Assembly: GCA_035761895.1 (NCBI GenBank)
Contig: DASTQE010000298.1
Span: 1,110-65,109, forward strand
Source of the DNA: Nitrospira sp.
GTDB taxonomy: Bacteria > Nitrospirota > Nitrospiria > Nitrospirales > Nitrospiraceae
DNA length: 64,000 nt
Direction: 5' to 3'
The notes under the pieces were generated by a model, which did no database searches, was not told where the DNA came from, and worked only from the letters and a program-made list of their open reading frames with translations. A program made the translations under genes and the position numbers. Every line of letters starts with the position of its first letter. Positions within the stretch are counted from its first letter, which is position 1. Positions 54,464-63,157 of this stretch are shown piece by piece.

Positions 54464-55150
54464 TTATAACAAGGATGTTGGAAAGGCGCCACCGGCGCTG
54501 ACAGCATATCGTTTTGACCAGATCAACCGTCGCTCCTTGAACAGGCTTGCTTCGTGTTGAAATCCGACCTTTTCAATCACATGCCGTGACGGCGAATTGG
54601 ATCCGAAGACGGTCACGTAAGCCTGCCGGGCCCCTGTCACGTCCCGTGCGTCGTGCAAGAGGCGGCAGAGCGCTTGGTAGTACAGCCCGCGGCCTCTTGC
54701 AAGGGGATGCGTGAAGTGGTCAAACAGGACGGCGGTTTCAGGAGGGGGAAAATAGGCCTGGTTTACCCATCCGTCTTCACCCCGCGTCTGTCGCTCAATA
54801 AGCCATGCGTAATGGAGAAGGCGGCCGCCTGCGACGAACGTGTAGAGGTGAAAGCCCTGCGCTCTTCGCTCGACCGCCATCCGCCGGTACACGTCGGGCG
54901 TCTGTTGTTCTTTGGCCGAACGTTCGTAATACCTGAGATCGTCGAGGCAGTTGCGTCGGAAGATGGTGGGGCGCGGAAGGGGTGGCGCCTCTTCGAGAGG
55001 GTAACGGTAGATCCGCAGTTCGCGGCAATACCAGAGACGGCTTCTGCCGGCGTTCAAGAGGCGAGAAGGCCACGAGGACGGGGAAAGGAGTGAAACAACC
55101 GATGAGTCGTGTGAGCTGGCGGGAGAAGAGATGTCCGCATGGCGGATCAT
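54464..55150 (-). CDS. GNAT-family acetyltransferase-like protein (start uncertain)
   Basis: LFDHFTHPLARGRGLY acetyl-CoA motif A; N.PSRHVIEKVGF. Confidence 0.72.
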   Translation of the reverse strand: MIRHADISSPASSHDSSVVSLLSPSSWPSRLLNAGRSRLWYCRELRIYRYPLEEAPPLPRPTIFRRNCLDDLRYYERSAKEQQTPDVYRRMAVERRAQGFHLYTFVAGGRLLHYAWLIERQTRGEDGWVNQAYFPPPETAVLFDHFTHPLARGRGLYYQALCRLLHDARDVTGARQAYVTVFGSNSPSRHVIEKVGFQHEASLFKERRLIWSKRYAVSAGGAFPTSLL

Positions 55151-55161
55151 GGGGCGACCTC

Positions 55162-56127
55162 CTAGGCGGCATGCCCGGGAGGGCGACTGCGGGTGGCCTT
55201 CTCGTTAGCCTGACCGGCGGCCTTGCGAGGGTCGGCCACTTGCGCGTCGGGAGCCGGAACAATGCGCTCGCCGAGCCGGTTCGCATACACCTGAGTGAAC
55301 TCGGCCCCATATAATAGGATCTGTGCCGAATAATAGACCCACAGGAGAATGAGAACCAACGATCCCGCTGCGCCGTACGCCGAGGCGACGTTGCTTTTGC
55401 CAAGATAGAGGCCGAGCGCGTATTTTCCGATCGTGAATAAGGTCGCTGTAAGCAGCGCGCCAACCCAGACGTCCCTCCAAGCCACTTTGGCGTCCGGCAG
55501 CACCTTAAAGATCAATGCAAATAAGCCAGTGACGACCACGAAGGACAGCGCGAAGTTGAAGAGATGCAGCAGGGCTTCGGGCAACGGCAGCAACCCGCTG
55601 AACCAATTCCCGAACGCGGCCAAGGCGCTGCTGAGAAGCAAGGACACCAGCAGGAGAAAGCCGGTGCCAAGCACGGCGACAAAAGAAAGAAAACGGTCTT
55701 TGATGAAGCCCCACACGCCTCGACCTTCCTTCGGTTCCACGCCCCACACGGTGTTCAGCGCATCCTGCAGTTGTCCGAAGACCCCCGACGCGCCGAATAG
55801 CAGCGTCACGACCGCGAGGACGGTTGCCACGAGCCCCGTGGACGGCTGATCGGCCCGTCGAATCATGTCCTTGATGGCCGCTGCGCTCTGGTCTCCGACC
55901 ATCGTGGCGATGTGCGACAGGATCGCTGATTGGGCCGCTTCCTGTCCGAGGACCAGGCCGATCAGGGCGATGACGACGACGAGGAAGGGCACCAGAGAAA
56001 ACACCGTGTAATAGGCCAAGGCGGCGCCCAAACGTGGCGCACGATCGTGGCTCCAGTCGGCAGCGGCCTCCTTGATCAGATGCCACAAGGTGCGCGGCCC
56101 GAATGCGTCGGACCAATAGTTTCCCAT
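55162..56127 (-). CDS. YihY/virulence factor BrkB family membrane protein
   Basis: AALAYYTVFSLVP, GASGVFGQLQDALNTVW, YGAAGSLVLILLWVYYSAQILLYGAE. Confidence 0.92.
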   Translation of the reverse strand: MGNYWSDAFGPRTLWHLIKEAAADWSHDRAPRLGAALAYYTVFSLVPFLVVVIALIGLVLGQEAAQSAILSHIATMVGDQSAAAIKDMIRRADQPSTGLVATVLAVVTLLFGASGVFGQLQDALNTVWGVEPKEGRGVWGFIKDRFLSFVAVLGTGFLLLVSLLLSSALAAFGNWFSGLLPLPEALLHLFNFALSFVVVTGLFALIFKVLPDAKVAWRDVWVGALLTATLFTIGKYALGLYLGKSNVASAYGAAGSLVLILLWVYYSAQILLYGAEFTQVYANRLGERIVPAPDAQVADPRKAAGQANEKATRSRPPGHAA

Positions 56128-56187
56128 TTGTGACTCCCCGGTTGGCGTTTCACTTAATCGCGAAAAGAACTGCAAAAGTCGCGCAAC

Positions 56188-56203
56188 TGCAAGAGATGCG
56201 CCG
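56188..56203 (-). promoter_or_regulatory. Possible sigma54 promoter for yihY-like gene
   Basis: Minus strand CGGCGC-ATCTC-TTGCA (GG-N10-GC), about 60 nt upstream of ATG 56127. Confidence 0.4.
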
Positions 56204-56379
56204 ATATGGATTATGGCCGAAATCTTCGATCCATCTTGTCCTGGGAGCCAGGGCCATGGGACAGATTGTCCCGCAGATCTAGCACTCCTCACGCCCGGAT
56301 CCTTAGCAAACCCCGAGGCGAGCTTGATTTTGTGGATAGTTGAGGCGAGAATGGAAAAATTTTCGAGCGGAGCGGATGG

Positions 56380-58734
56380 ATGCGTGGTCACAACCATCAC
56401 ATCACAGAGGCCGCCGCATATCTCGCTGCGGTCATAGATTCCTCTCACGACGCGATCATCACCAAAAATCTGTCCGGGATCATCCAGACGTGGAACAAAT
56501 CCGCCGAGCGCATGTTCGGGTATTCCGCGGAAGAAGCCGTCAACCAACCTATCTTCTTGATTATTCCCCCTGACCTCCATGCCGAAGAGGCGTCCATACT
56601 TGCCCGTCTCCGCAGCGGCGAGCTCATCGAGACCTACGAGACCCTGCGTCGCCGCAAAGACGGCCGGCTCATTGATGTCGCCTTGACAGTCTCGCCGGTG
56701 CGGGACGCAAATGGGACGCTCATCGCCGCCTCAAAAATCATCCGTGACATCACCGAGCGCAAGCAAGCCAACCGGACGATTGCGCAAGTGCAAGGCTTGC
56801 TGTCCTTGATCGTTGCGTCGAGTGACGACGCGATCCTGAGCAAAGATCTCAACGGCACCATCACGAGCTGGAACAGGGGGGCGGAGCGCATGTTCGGGTA
56901 TACGGCGGAAGAAATGATTGGTTCGTCCATCCTCCGCATCATTCCACCCGACCGTCATTCCGAAGAGGCCGCCATCCTGTCTAAGCTTCGCAGAGGCGAG
57001 CGCATCGATCATTATGAAACCGTGCGGCGCAAGAAGGACGGCCGCCTGTTTGACATCTCCATCACCGTGTCTCCGCTGACCGATGAAGGAGGCAACGTCG
57101 TCGGCGCCTCAAAGATCGCGCGCGACATCTCCGAACAGAAACGCGCCCAGCGGGCCCTGCATGAGAGCGAAGAACGGTGGCGAGTGACGCTGGAAAGTAT
57201 TGGGGATGCCGTCGTCGCCACCGATGCTTCTGCGGAGGTGACCTTCGTTAATCAGGTCGCTGCTGGAATCATGGGACGGCCCATTGAAGATATCCAGGGT
57301 CGGCCGTTGGCCGACGTGTTCAAGATCGTGAACGAAGGGACGCGTCTTGCCGTCGAGAGTCCGGTGGATCGGGTGATCCGAGAAGGACTCGTGGTCGGAC
57401 TCGCGAACCATACCGTCGTCATCAGACCCGACGGTACCGAAGTACCGATTGATGATAGTGCGGCTCCAATCCGGGATCGGGACGGGCGCCTGCTCGGCGT
57501 GGTGCTCGTCTTCCGGGACATCTCGGAGCACAAGAAGACCGAGGTCCAACTGCAGCGCTGGAATGCGGAACTCGAGGTTCGCGTGAGGGAACGCACCGCC
57601 GAGCTCGTCAAGTCGCAGGAGCGACTGCGGGCGTTGGCCTCGCAACTGAATATGACGGAGCAGAGGGAACGCCGCCGGTTGGCCGGCGACCTGCACGACT
57701 ACCTGGCGCAACTGCTGGCGTTGATCCGGATCAAATTGGGCCAGGTGCTGCAGCGACTGCCCGACCATCTGTCGGACGGACGTGCCTCGCTCACGGCCAT
57801 TGATGACCTCCTGCAGGAGTGTCTGCAGTACGCACGCACACTGATGGCACAGTTGAGCCCGTCCGTACTACAAGATTTGGGACTCATACCCGCCATCCAT
57901 TGGCTCGCGGAACAGATGGCTCAACAGGGACTCAAGGTGGAGGTGAATGTCCTGACGGAGGAGACGCCGTCGTTCAGCGAGCACCAGGCGGATTTGCTCT
58001 TCCAAGCCTTGCGGGAGTTACTGACGAACGTCGTCAAGCACGCAGGCGTGCCCACGGCGTCCGTGACGATTCACAAACAGGATCGGGACACCTGGTTGCT
58101 CACGGTACGCGATCACGGCCTTGGATTCGACATCAATGCGGTGCACTATCAGCCGTCGGGGGAGCATTTTGGACTGTTCAGTATCCAGGAGCGCATGGAA
58201 GCCATGTCGGGATGGTGCAGGATCGATTCGGCCGTCGGGCAGGGCACCAGCGTCGAATTGGGGTTGGCAGCCATGCCATCCGATGCGAAACCAAGAGCGC
58301 ATGTACTGAGAACGGCCCGTCGGATGCCTGAAGTCATGCGGCTGACGGAACCCTCGCGGTGGCGGGTGTTACTCGTCGATGACCACGCCATGGTGCGTCA
58401 AGGGCTCCGGAGCATCCTCGAGACGTATCCCGACCTGGAAGTCGTGGCCGAGGCCTCCGACGGTGAAAGGGCGGTGGAGTCAGCGATCAGCCACAAACCG
58501 GACGTCGTTGTCATGGACATCAATCTGCCCCGGCTGAACGGGATTGACGCCACCAGGCGCATCAAGAATGAGGCGCCGGATACGGTGGTCATCGGCTTGT
58601 CGGTGCATTACTCGTCACAGACCTACGCTGCGGTCATCGAGGCGGGTGCCTCTGCCGTGCTAAGCAAGGAACAGGCGACTGAAGACTTGTATCGAACCAT
58701 CACGCGGTTCCTGAAGGACCCGGTCGAGCAATGA
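56380..58734 (+). CDS. Hybrid sensor kinase: 3x PAS, HisKA_3, HATPase, NarL-type receiver
   Basis: Two near-duplicate PAS-PAC (DAI.SK.L.G.I.SWN.GAERMFGY), third PAS, ERRRLAGDLHD, ELLTNVVKHA, DHGLGF, GTSV, DDHAMVRQG...MDINLP. Confidence 0.92.
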   Translation: MRGHNHHITEAAAYLAAVIDSSHDAIITKNLSGIIQTWNKSAERMFGYSAEEAVNQPIFLIIPPDLHAEEASILARLRSGELIETYETLRRRKDGRLIDVALTVSPVRDANGTLIAASKIIRDITERKQANRTIAQVQGLLSLIVASSDDAILSKDLNGTITSWNRGAERMFGYTAEEMIGSSILRIIPPDRHSEEAAILSKLRRGERIDHYETVRRKKDGRLFDISITVSPLTDEGGNVVGASKIARDISEQKRAQRALHESEERWRVTLESIGDAVVATDASAEVTFVNQVAAGIMGRPIEDIQGRPLADVFKIVNEGTRLAVESPVDRVIREGLVVGLANHTVVIRPDGTEVPIDDSAAPIRDRDGRLLGVVLVFRDISEHKKTEVQLQRWNAELEVRVRERTAELVKSQERLRALASQLNMTEQRERRRLAGDLHDYLAQLLALIRIKLGQVLQRLPDHLSDGRASLTAIDDLLQECLQYARTLMAQLSPSVLQDLGLIPAIHWLAEQMAQQGLKVEVNVLTEETPSFSEHQADLLFQALRELLTNVVKHAGVPTASVTIHKQDRDTWLLTVRDHGLGFDINAVHYQPSGEHFGLFSIQERMEAMSGWCRIDSAVGQGTSVELGLAAMPSDAKPRAHVLRTARRMPEVMRLTEPSRWRVLLVDDHAMVRQGLRSILETYPDLEVVAEASDGERAVESAISHKPDVVVMDINLPRLNGIDATRRIKNEAPDTVVIGLSVHYSSQTYAAVIEAGASAVLSKEQATEDLYRTITRFLKDPVEQ

Positions 58735-58972
58735 GCCGCTGCACCTCCCCATCAACCTGAGCCGGGCCGCAGGTCGTACCGCCCAGTGGCACTCCGTAGT
58801 CCTGCCGCGGTTCCTTCCTACATATGCATTCAGACAGCGGCGCGATCTCCTCCCAGGCAAGTGCCTCTTTTTGCATACGCCTGACAGCAACTTTGGCCAA
58901 GGCGCGGCCTGAAACCAGACCCTCGATAGCAGGAAAAACCAACGGTTAGCTTCCGGCTGCACCGGCGCCGAA

Positions 58973-58988
58973 CGGTATTGCTTTTGCG
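58973..58988 (+). promoter_or_regulatory. Possible sigma54 promoter upstream of lipoprotein-HExxH genes
   Basis: CGGTAT-TGCTT-TTGCG (GG-N10-GC). Confidence 0.35.
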
Positions 58989-59003
58989 AGAGTCTGGCGC
59001 AGG

Positions 59004-59678
59004 ATGAAGATTAAAACAGTCTATGCTCAAGCCTGCCGCAGAGCGACTGGAGTGCTATTTCTCATCGCGGTGAGTGTCCTGCAGTACGGGTGTCTCGCTG
59101 CGGCGTGGGTCGCGGCGGTTGGTGCCGACTCCATGAGAACCGGCGATGTGCGCTTTCATCCGTTCGAAGCATCCTGGGTCGCGACGGAACATCCGTTGGC
59201 AAGCTCTGACCGTCCTTCGTTGACGAGCGTGGCGCTGATGCCGCTCGATGGTGACGAGGCGATGGGTGCCAGACTGACCAAACTTCTGATGAGTGAAACC
59301 GCCTTGCGCGTCGTGACGCCGGTCAGGCGCGATGGATGGCGTCCAGTGGCAGCGGCGGATCGGGAGCGTGCCGTGCTCGCGCGCAGCCTCTCACGTGAAC
59401 TCGCCGTGGATGCCGTCCTGTATGGACATGTCGTGGGTGCGGCTGCGCGGTCGAGCGAATGGGGGTGGACAGCGGAAGAACCCCGTCGATTATTTCTTTA
59501 CATGATCGATCGCGACGGACGCTTGTTGTGGAAGGATGAACTGCCGTTTGTCATCGTGACTGGGACAAAACCACCGCATGAGGAGTCGGTCCAAATGTCC
59601 CTGACACGACACTTCATGGACCATGTTCGTGACCTTGGCCTTGACGACGTCGGCTATTTGCCCTCCAAGTCGTCCTAG
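59004..59678 (+). CDS. Hypothetical exported/lipoprotein, alpha/beta (CsgG/LpoB-like) fold suspected
   Basis: Hydrophobic leader ending QYGC; VALMPL...AVDAVLYGHV...MIDRDGRLLWKD pattern. Confidence 0.65.
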   Translation: MKIKTVYAQACRRATGVLFLIAVSVLQYGCLAAAWVAAVGADSMRTGDVRFHPFEASWVATEHPLASSDRPSLTSVALMPLDGDEAMGARLTKLLMSETALRVVTPVRRDGWRPVAAADRERAVLARSLSRELAVDAVLYGHVVGAAARSSEWGWTAEEPRRLFLYMIDRDGRLLWKDELPFVIVTGTKPPHEESVQMSLTRHFMDHVRDLGLDDVGYLPSKSS

Positions 59679-59743
59679 CCACCATCTCCTTGCGGCCTTT
59701 GCCGCGCTCCGGTAGAGTTCGCCGCTCCATCATTGTAAGGAAG

Positions 59744-61309
59744 ATGATGTCCTTGCTCGACGCGGCGGCAATCATCCGCTTGCAGATCGAATTCTGCCAA
59801 TCCATGCGAACCCTCCTTATCGGGCTCTGCCGCGATATCGAGCGCCACTATGCGGAACCGGCCGCACGGCTCGATCTGCCCGTGGACTTTTTCCGGTTTC
59901 TCGCGCACACCTTCGATCGCACTGCCTTCTCGAATTGGAAGGTGGTCGGGTGGATCGAAGCGCTCAATGACCTCGTCTATTTTCTTGACCTGCTCATGCA
60001 GGTCCGTCAGGAGCATGATCAGCGAGGCTTTGCCGAGCAACTTTTTGCGGAATGTGAGGAGAACTTTTTCGAGAACAGTTATCTTGATGAATTATTCCCG
60101 CGCGGGCAGGCGCAGGCCCGGGGACTGGCAGGACGCCTGCAGCGGCTGTGCATGAGGCTGGCCCGCGAGGTCACGCAGGAATCGCTTTTCTTCGATCCAC
60201 GACAGGCGCTCCAATGGATGAAGCGGCAGGGCCGGCGTTCGTGGGCCGTATCCGGCCGCTTGGAGGCGTCTTTTGAACGGGCGGAACAGGCCTTTACCAT
60301 TCCGATCGGAATCGATGGGAGCGTGCTGATGGCGCCGGCTTCTGTCCGACGGGCCGTCGGCCGACCATCGCGGTGTCTGACCTTTGTCCTCAATGCACAG
60401 GAGATGGCGCTCCGGGTAGGCCGTTCATTTCCTCTCTGCACATGGGGAGGAACTCTCGTGCAATGGCACTGGCCGCGGCGGGAACCCGTTCACACAGCCG
60501 CAGCGCCCTGCGGACCACCGAGCATCGGCCCCACCCTGCGCTACGGGAGCAACCGCGAGCCGAAAGCGCTTTCGGTCACCGACGCGCAACAGGTCGCCCG
60601 CATCAGCCGAGCTTGGGAGACCCTCCGACGAGCGTGGCCCCAAGGGCATGACTTGTTGGAGCTGCTCACTTCCCGCGTGGTGCCGCTCCGCGCGTCCGGT
60701 GTGGTCAGCTTCAGTTACCGGCACCGGCCCGGCCTCTCGTTCATCAACTGCTTCGACCGCGACAACCTGGATCTCATGGACGACTTGATTCATGAGAACA
60801 GTCATCACCATTTGAATCTGCTCTTGCGCAAGCACGTCCTGTATCAGCATGACCGCAATCAACAAATCTTCTACTCCCCCTGGCGGAGAAGCCTGAGGCC
60901 CCTTCGAGGGATTCTACATGCCACATTTACGTTCACGATGGGCGCGCTGCTCTTCGCCCGGCTGTCCACGTGGGCCGAGACCGCACAGGGGAAAGGACAG
61001 TGGCGCGAAGGAGGACTCAGCGCAGGGCACCTTGCGCGCGCGCGTTTCCGCTGTCTGGAAGAGATCGAGTCGGTTCGCTACTCCCTTCAGGACCTCGAGT
61101 ATGCCGGGCGGCATCTCAAGTGGATGACGGCCTCCGGCGCGCGTCTGGTCCAACAGCTCGAAGACGCCATCGTGAAGGCGGAGCAGCAGATCTCCCGTTA
61201 CCGCAAAGTGGTTCTCGCTTCTCCATTCGGCCCCTCGTTGCGCAGGCATGTCGCCGAACTTCGGCACGCGCGTGAAACCTATGGGCCCATAAACCTCAAG
61301 CAAGTGTGA
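59744..61309 (+). CDS. HExxH-motif putative peptide-modification enzyme (alphaKG-HExxH type)
   Basis: AAGGA RBS; LIHENSHHHL, YSPWRRSLRPLRGILHA motifs. Confidence 0.82.
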   Translation: MMSLLDAAAIIRLQIEFCQSMRTLLIGLCRDIERHYAEPAARLDLPVDFFRFLAHTFDRTAFSNWKVVGWIEALNDLVYFLDLLMQVRQEHDQRGFAEQLFAECEENFFENSYLDELFPRGQAQARGLAGRLQRLCMRLAREVTQESLFFDPRQALQWMKRQGRRSWAVSGRLEASFERAEQAFTIPIGIDGSVLMAPASVRRAVGRPSRCLTFVLNAQEMALRVGRSFPLCTWGGTLVQWHWPRREPVHTAAAPCGPPSIGPTLRYGSNREPKALSVTDAQQVARISRAWETLRRAWPQGHDLLELLTSRVVPLRASGVVSFSYRHRPGLSFINCFDRDNLDLMDDLIHENSHHHLNLLLRKHVLYQHDRNQQIFYSPWRRSLRPLRGILHATFTFTMGALLFARLSTWAETAQGKGQWREGGLSAGHLARARFRCLEEIESVRYSLQDLEYAGRHLKWMTASGARLVQQLEDAIVKAEQQISRYRKVVLASPFGPSLRRHVAELRHARETYGPINLKQV

Positions 61310-61361
61310 GCACAGAGCCTACCTGCATGTTCCCCTAGCTCCGCCCTGGCCGGCCGGCCGC

Positions 61362-61367
61362 TACACT
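61362..61367 (+). promoter_or_regulatory. -10 box 6 nt before ATG 61374 (leaderless candidate; no clear -35)
   Basis: TACACT-CGTGAG-ATG; no SD. Confidence 0.35.
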
Positions 61368-61373
61368 CGTGAG

Positions 61374-62963
61374 ATGGCAAAGGGTGGGCTAAAGATCATG
61401 GCGGGGGTGGGACTGCTGGTGCTCCTGCTCATCACTGGCGCGGCAGTTCTCATTGACGAGCCGTTGCGCTCGTACATCGAGCAAAAGATGAACCGCAGCC
61501 TGAGGGGCTACACGGTGCGCATCGGCTCGCTTGATTTTCATCCCATCGGATTTTCGGTGGATCTGAAGGATGTGCGCCTTCTGCGCATCGACAAACCCGA
61601 TCCTCCGGTGGCGACGCTTGCACGCTGGTCGGCGAGCCTCCATTGGAAGGCACTCCTGTCCGGGCGTCTGGTGAACGACCAGTACATCGAACGGCCCAGG
61701 TTCCACATCACCCGGTCACTGGCAAAGCAGGAAGCCGGTGATGACACGCCGGTCAAAGATCGCGGTTGGCAGGATGCCGTGGAAAGCGTCTACCCGTTCA
61801 AGATCAACCAGATCAGGATCGACGACGCTGAACTGACGTACATCGATGAGGCGAAGTCTGAACGTCCGCTGCGAGCTGGCCACATCAATATCTATGCATC
61901 CAACATCCGAAATGTGCAGTCCGCCGATCAGGACTATCCCTCGGAATTCTTTCTGGAAGGCACGCTGTTCGAATCTGGAAAAATCCGCCTCGATGGACAC
62001 GCGGATTTTCTGGCGGAGCCATATGTGGCCGTCAAGGCTGATCTCCTGTTGGACGGCGTGTCGTTGGGGTCATTGATGCCAGTGACGGCTCGCTACAACG
62101 TTCAACTCAGTGGTGGCACCATGTCGGCGGAAGGCTCGGTGGAATATGCTCCCTCGGTGAAAGTGGTGAACTTGAAGCGTCTCGCCATCGACGGGCTGCA
62201 CGCCGACTACGTGCATGCCGCGCACACTCGACGGGCCGAAGCCGAAAGGGCGAAGGCGACGGTCAGCACCGCGCACTCAATTAATGCGAACGAAGAAACC
62301 CTGGTGCGCGTGGATCAGATCCACATTGACGGTGGCGAACTGGGGTTCGTCAATCAGGCCGCGAAACCTGAGTACCGGGTCTATCTGGCCGATGCGGACG
62401 TGACACTGGAACACTATAGCAACCAGTTTCGGGATGGGCCGGCGTCGATGCTCATTCGGGGAAAATTCATGGGAACCGGTGACACGCAGATCTCTGGCGT
62501 CGTGCGTCCCCCACAGGACTCGCCCGATCTTGAGCTGAAAGTTAAAATCGCCGGCACGCAGATCAGGTCGATGAACAACCTGTTGCGGGCGCACGGCAAT
62601 TTCGATGTGGTGGGAGGCGTCTTCTCCTGTTATTCGGAGATCAGACTCGATGACGGTTCGATTCGAGGTTATGTGAAGCCGTTGATCAGGAAGTTGGATG
62701 TCTACGATCCGGGACAGGACCGGGATAAAAACGCGCTGGACAAGGTACGGGAGGGGGCGATCGAAGATCTCTCCTCCCTATTGGAAAATGTCCCGCGTGA
62801 GGAAGTCGCCACCAAAGCGGATGTGTCGGGACACGTGGCCCGGCCACGGACCGAGAAAGTCCAGATCGTCGTTGGTCTCATCGTAAATGCCTTCTTCAAG
62901 GCCATCCTGCCGGGGTTCGAGCGGGAATTCGGAGCAACACACACCAAAGCCGGACGTGGCTGA
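61374..62963 (+). CDS. DUF748 / AsmA-like bridge protein
   Basis: N-terminal TM, amphipathic beta-strand repeats, GSIRGYVKPL, IVVGLIVNAFFKAILPGF C-terminus. Confidence 0.78.
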   Translation: MAKGGLKIMAGVGLLVLLLITGAAVLIDEPLRSYIEQKMNRSLRGYTVRIGSLDFHPIGFSVDLKDVRLLRIDKPDPPVATLARWSASLHWKALLSGRLVNDQYIERPRFHITRSLAKQEAGDDTPVKDRGWQDAVESVYPFKINQIRIDDAELTYIDEAKSERPLRAGHINIYASNIRNVQSADQDYPSEFFLEGTLFESGKIRLDGHADFLAEPYVAVKADLLLDGVSLGSLMPVTARYNVQLSGGTMSAEGSVEYAPSVKVVNLKRLAIDGLHADYVHAAHTRRAEAERAKATVSTAHSINANEETLVRVDQIHIDGGELGFVNQAAKPEYRVYLADADVTLEHYSNQFRDGPASMLIRGKFMGTGDTQISGVVRPPQDSPDLELKVKIAGTQIRSMNNLLRAHGNFDVVGGVFSCYSEIRLDDGSIRGYVKPLIRKLDVYDPGQDRDKNALDKVREGAIEDLSSLLENVPREEVATKADVSGHVARPRTEKVQIVVGLIVNAFFKAILPGFEREFGATHTKAGRG

Positions 62964-63157
62964 TGACACCAGGTGGAGATTAGTAAATCAAGGACAGGAT
63001 GTTCAAAAAACAGATGAGACCGAAGTCCGCCGTGGTTGCTCGTAAGTGAGGGCGACGTTTGTGTAGTCACAGCACTACGTCGAGGAGGCCGATCGAGAAC
63101 AACCGCGCCGGACGAGAGAATCGGCTGGTGCGGCAGATGTGTCATGGATTACCGGGC

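Noticed and set aside
56420-57140. Repeated DNA in the hybrid kinase as a mobile or CRISPR-like repeat
   Set aside because: It is an in-frame tandem PAS domain duplication.
58824-58949. 41-aa ORF (MHSDSGAISSQASASFCIRL...) as precursor peptide for the HExxH enzyme
   Set aside because: No SD, no recognisable leader or aromatic core motif, and it overlaps a likely promoter region.
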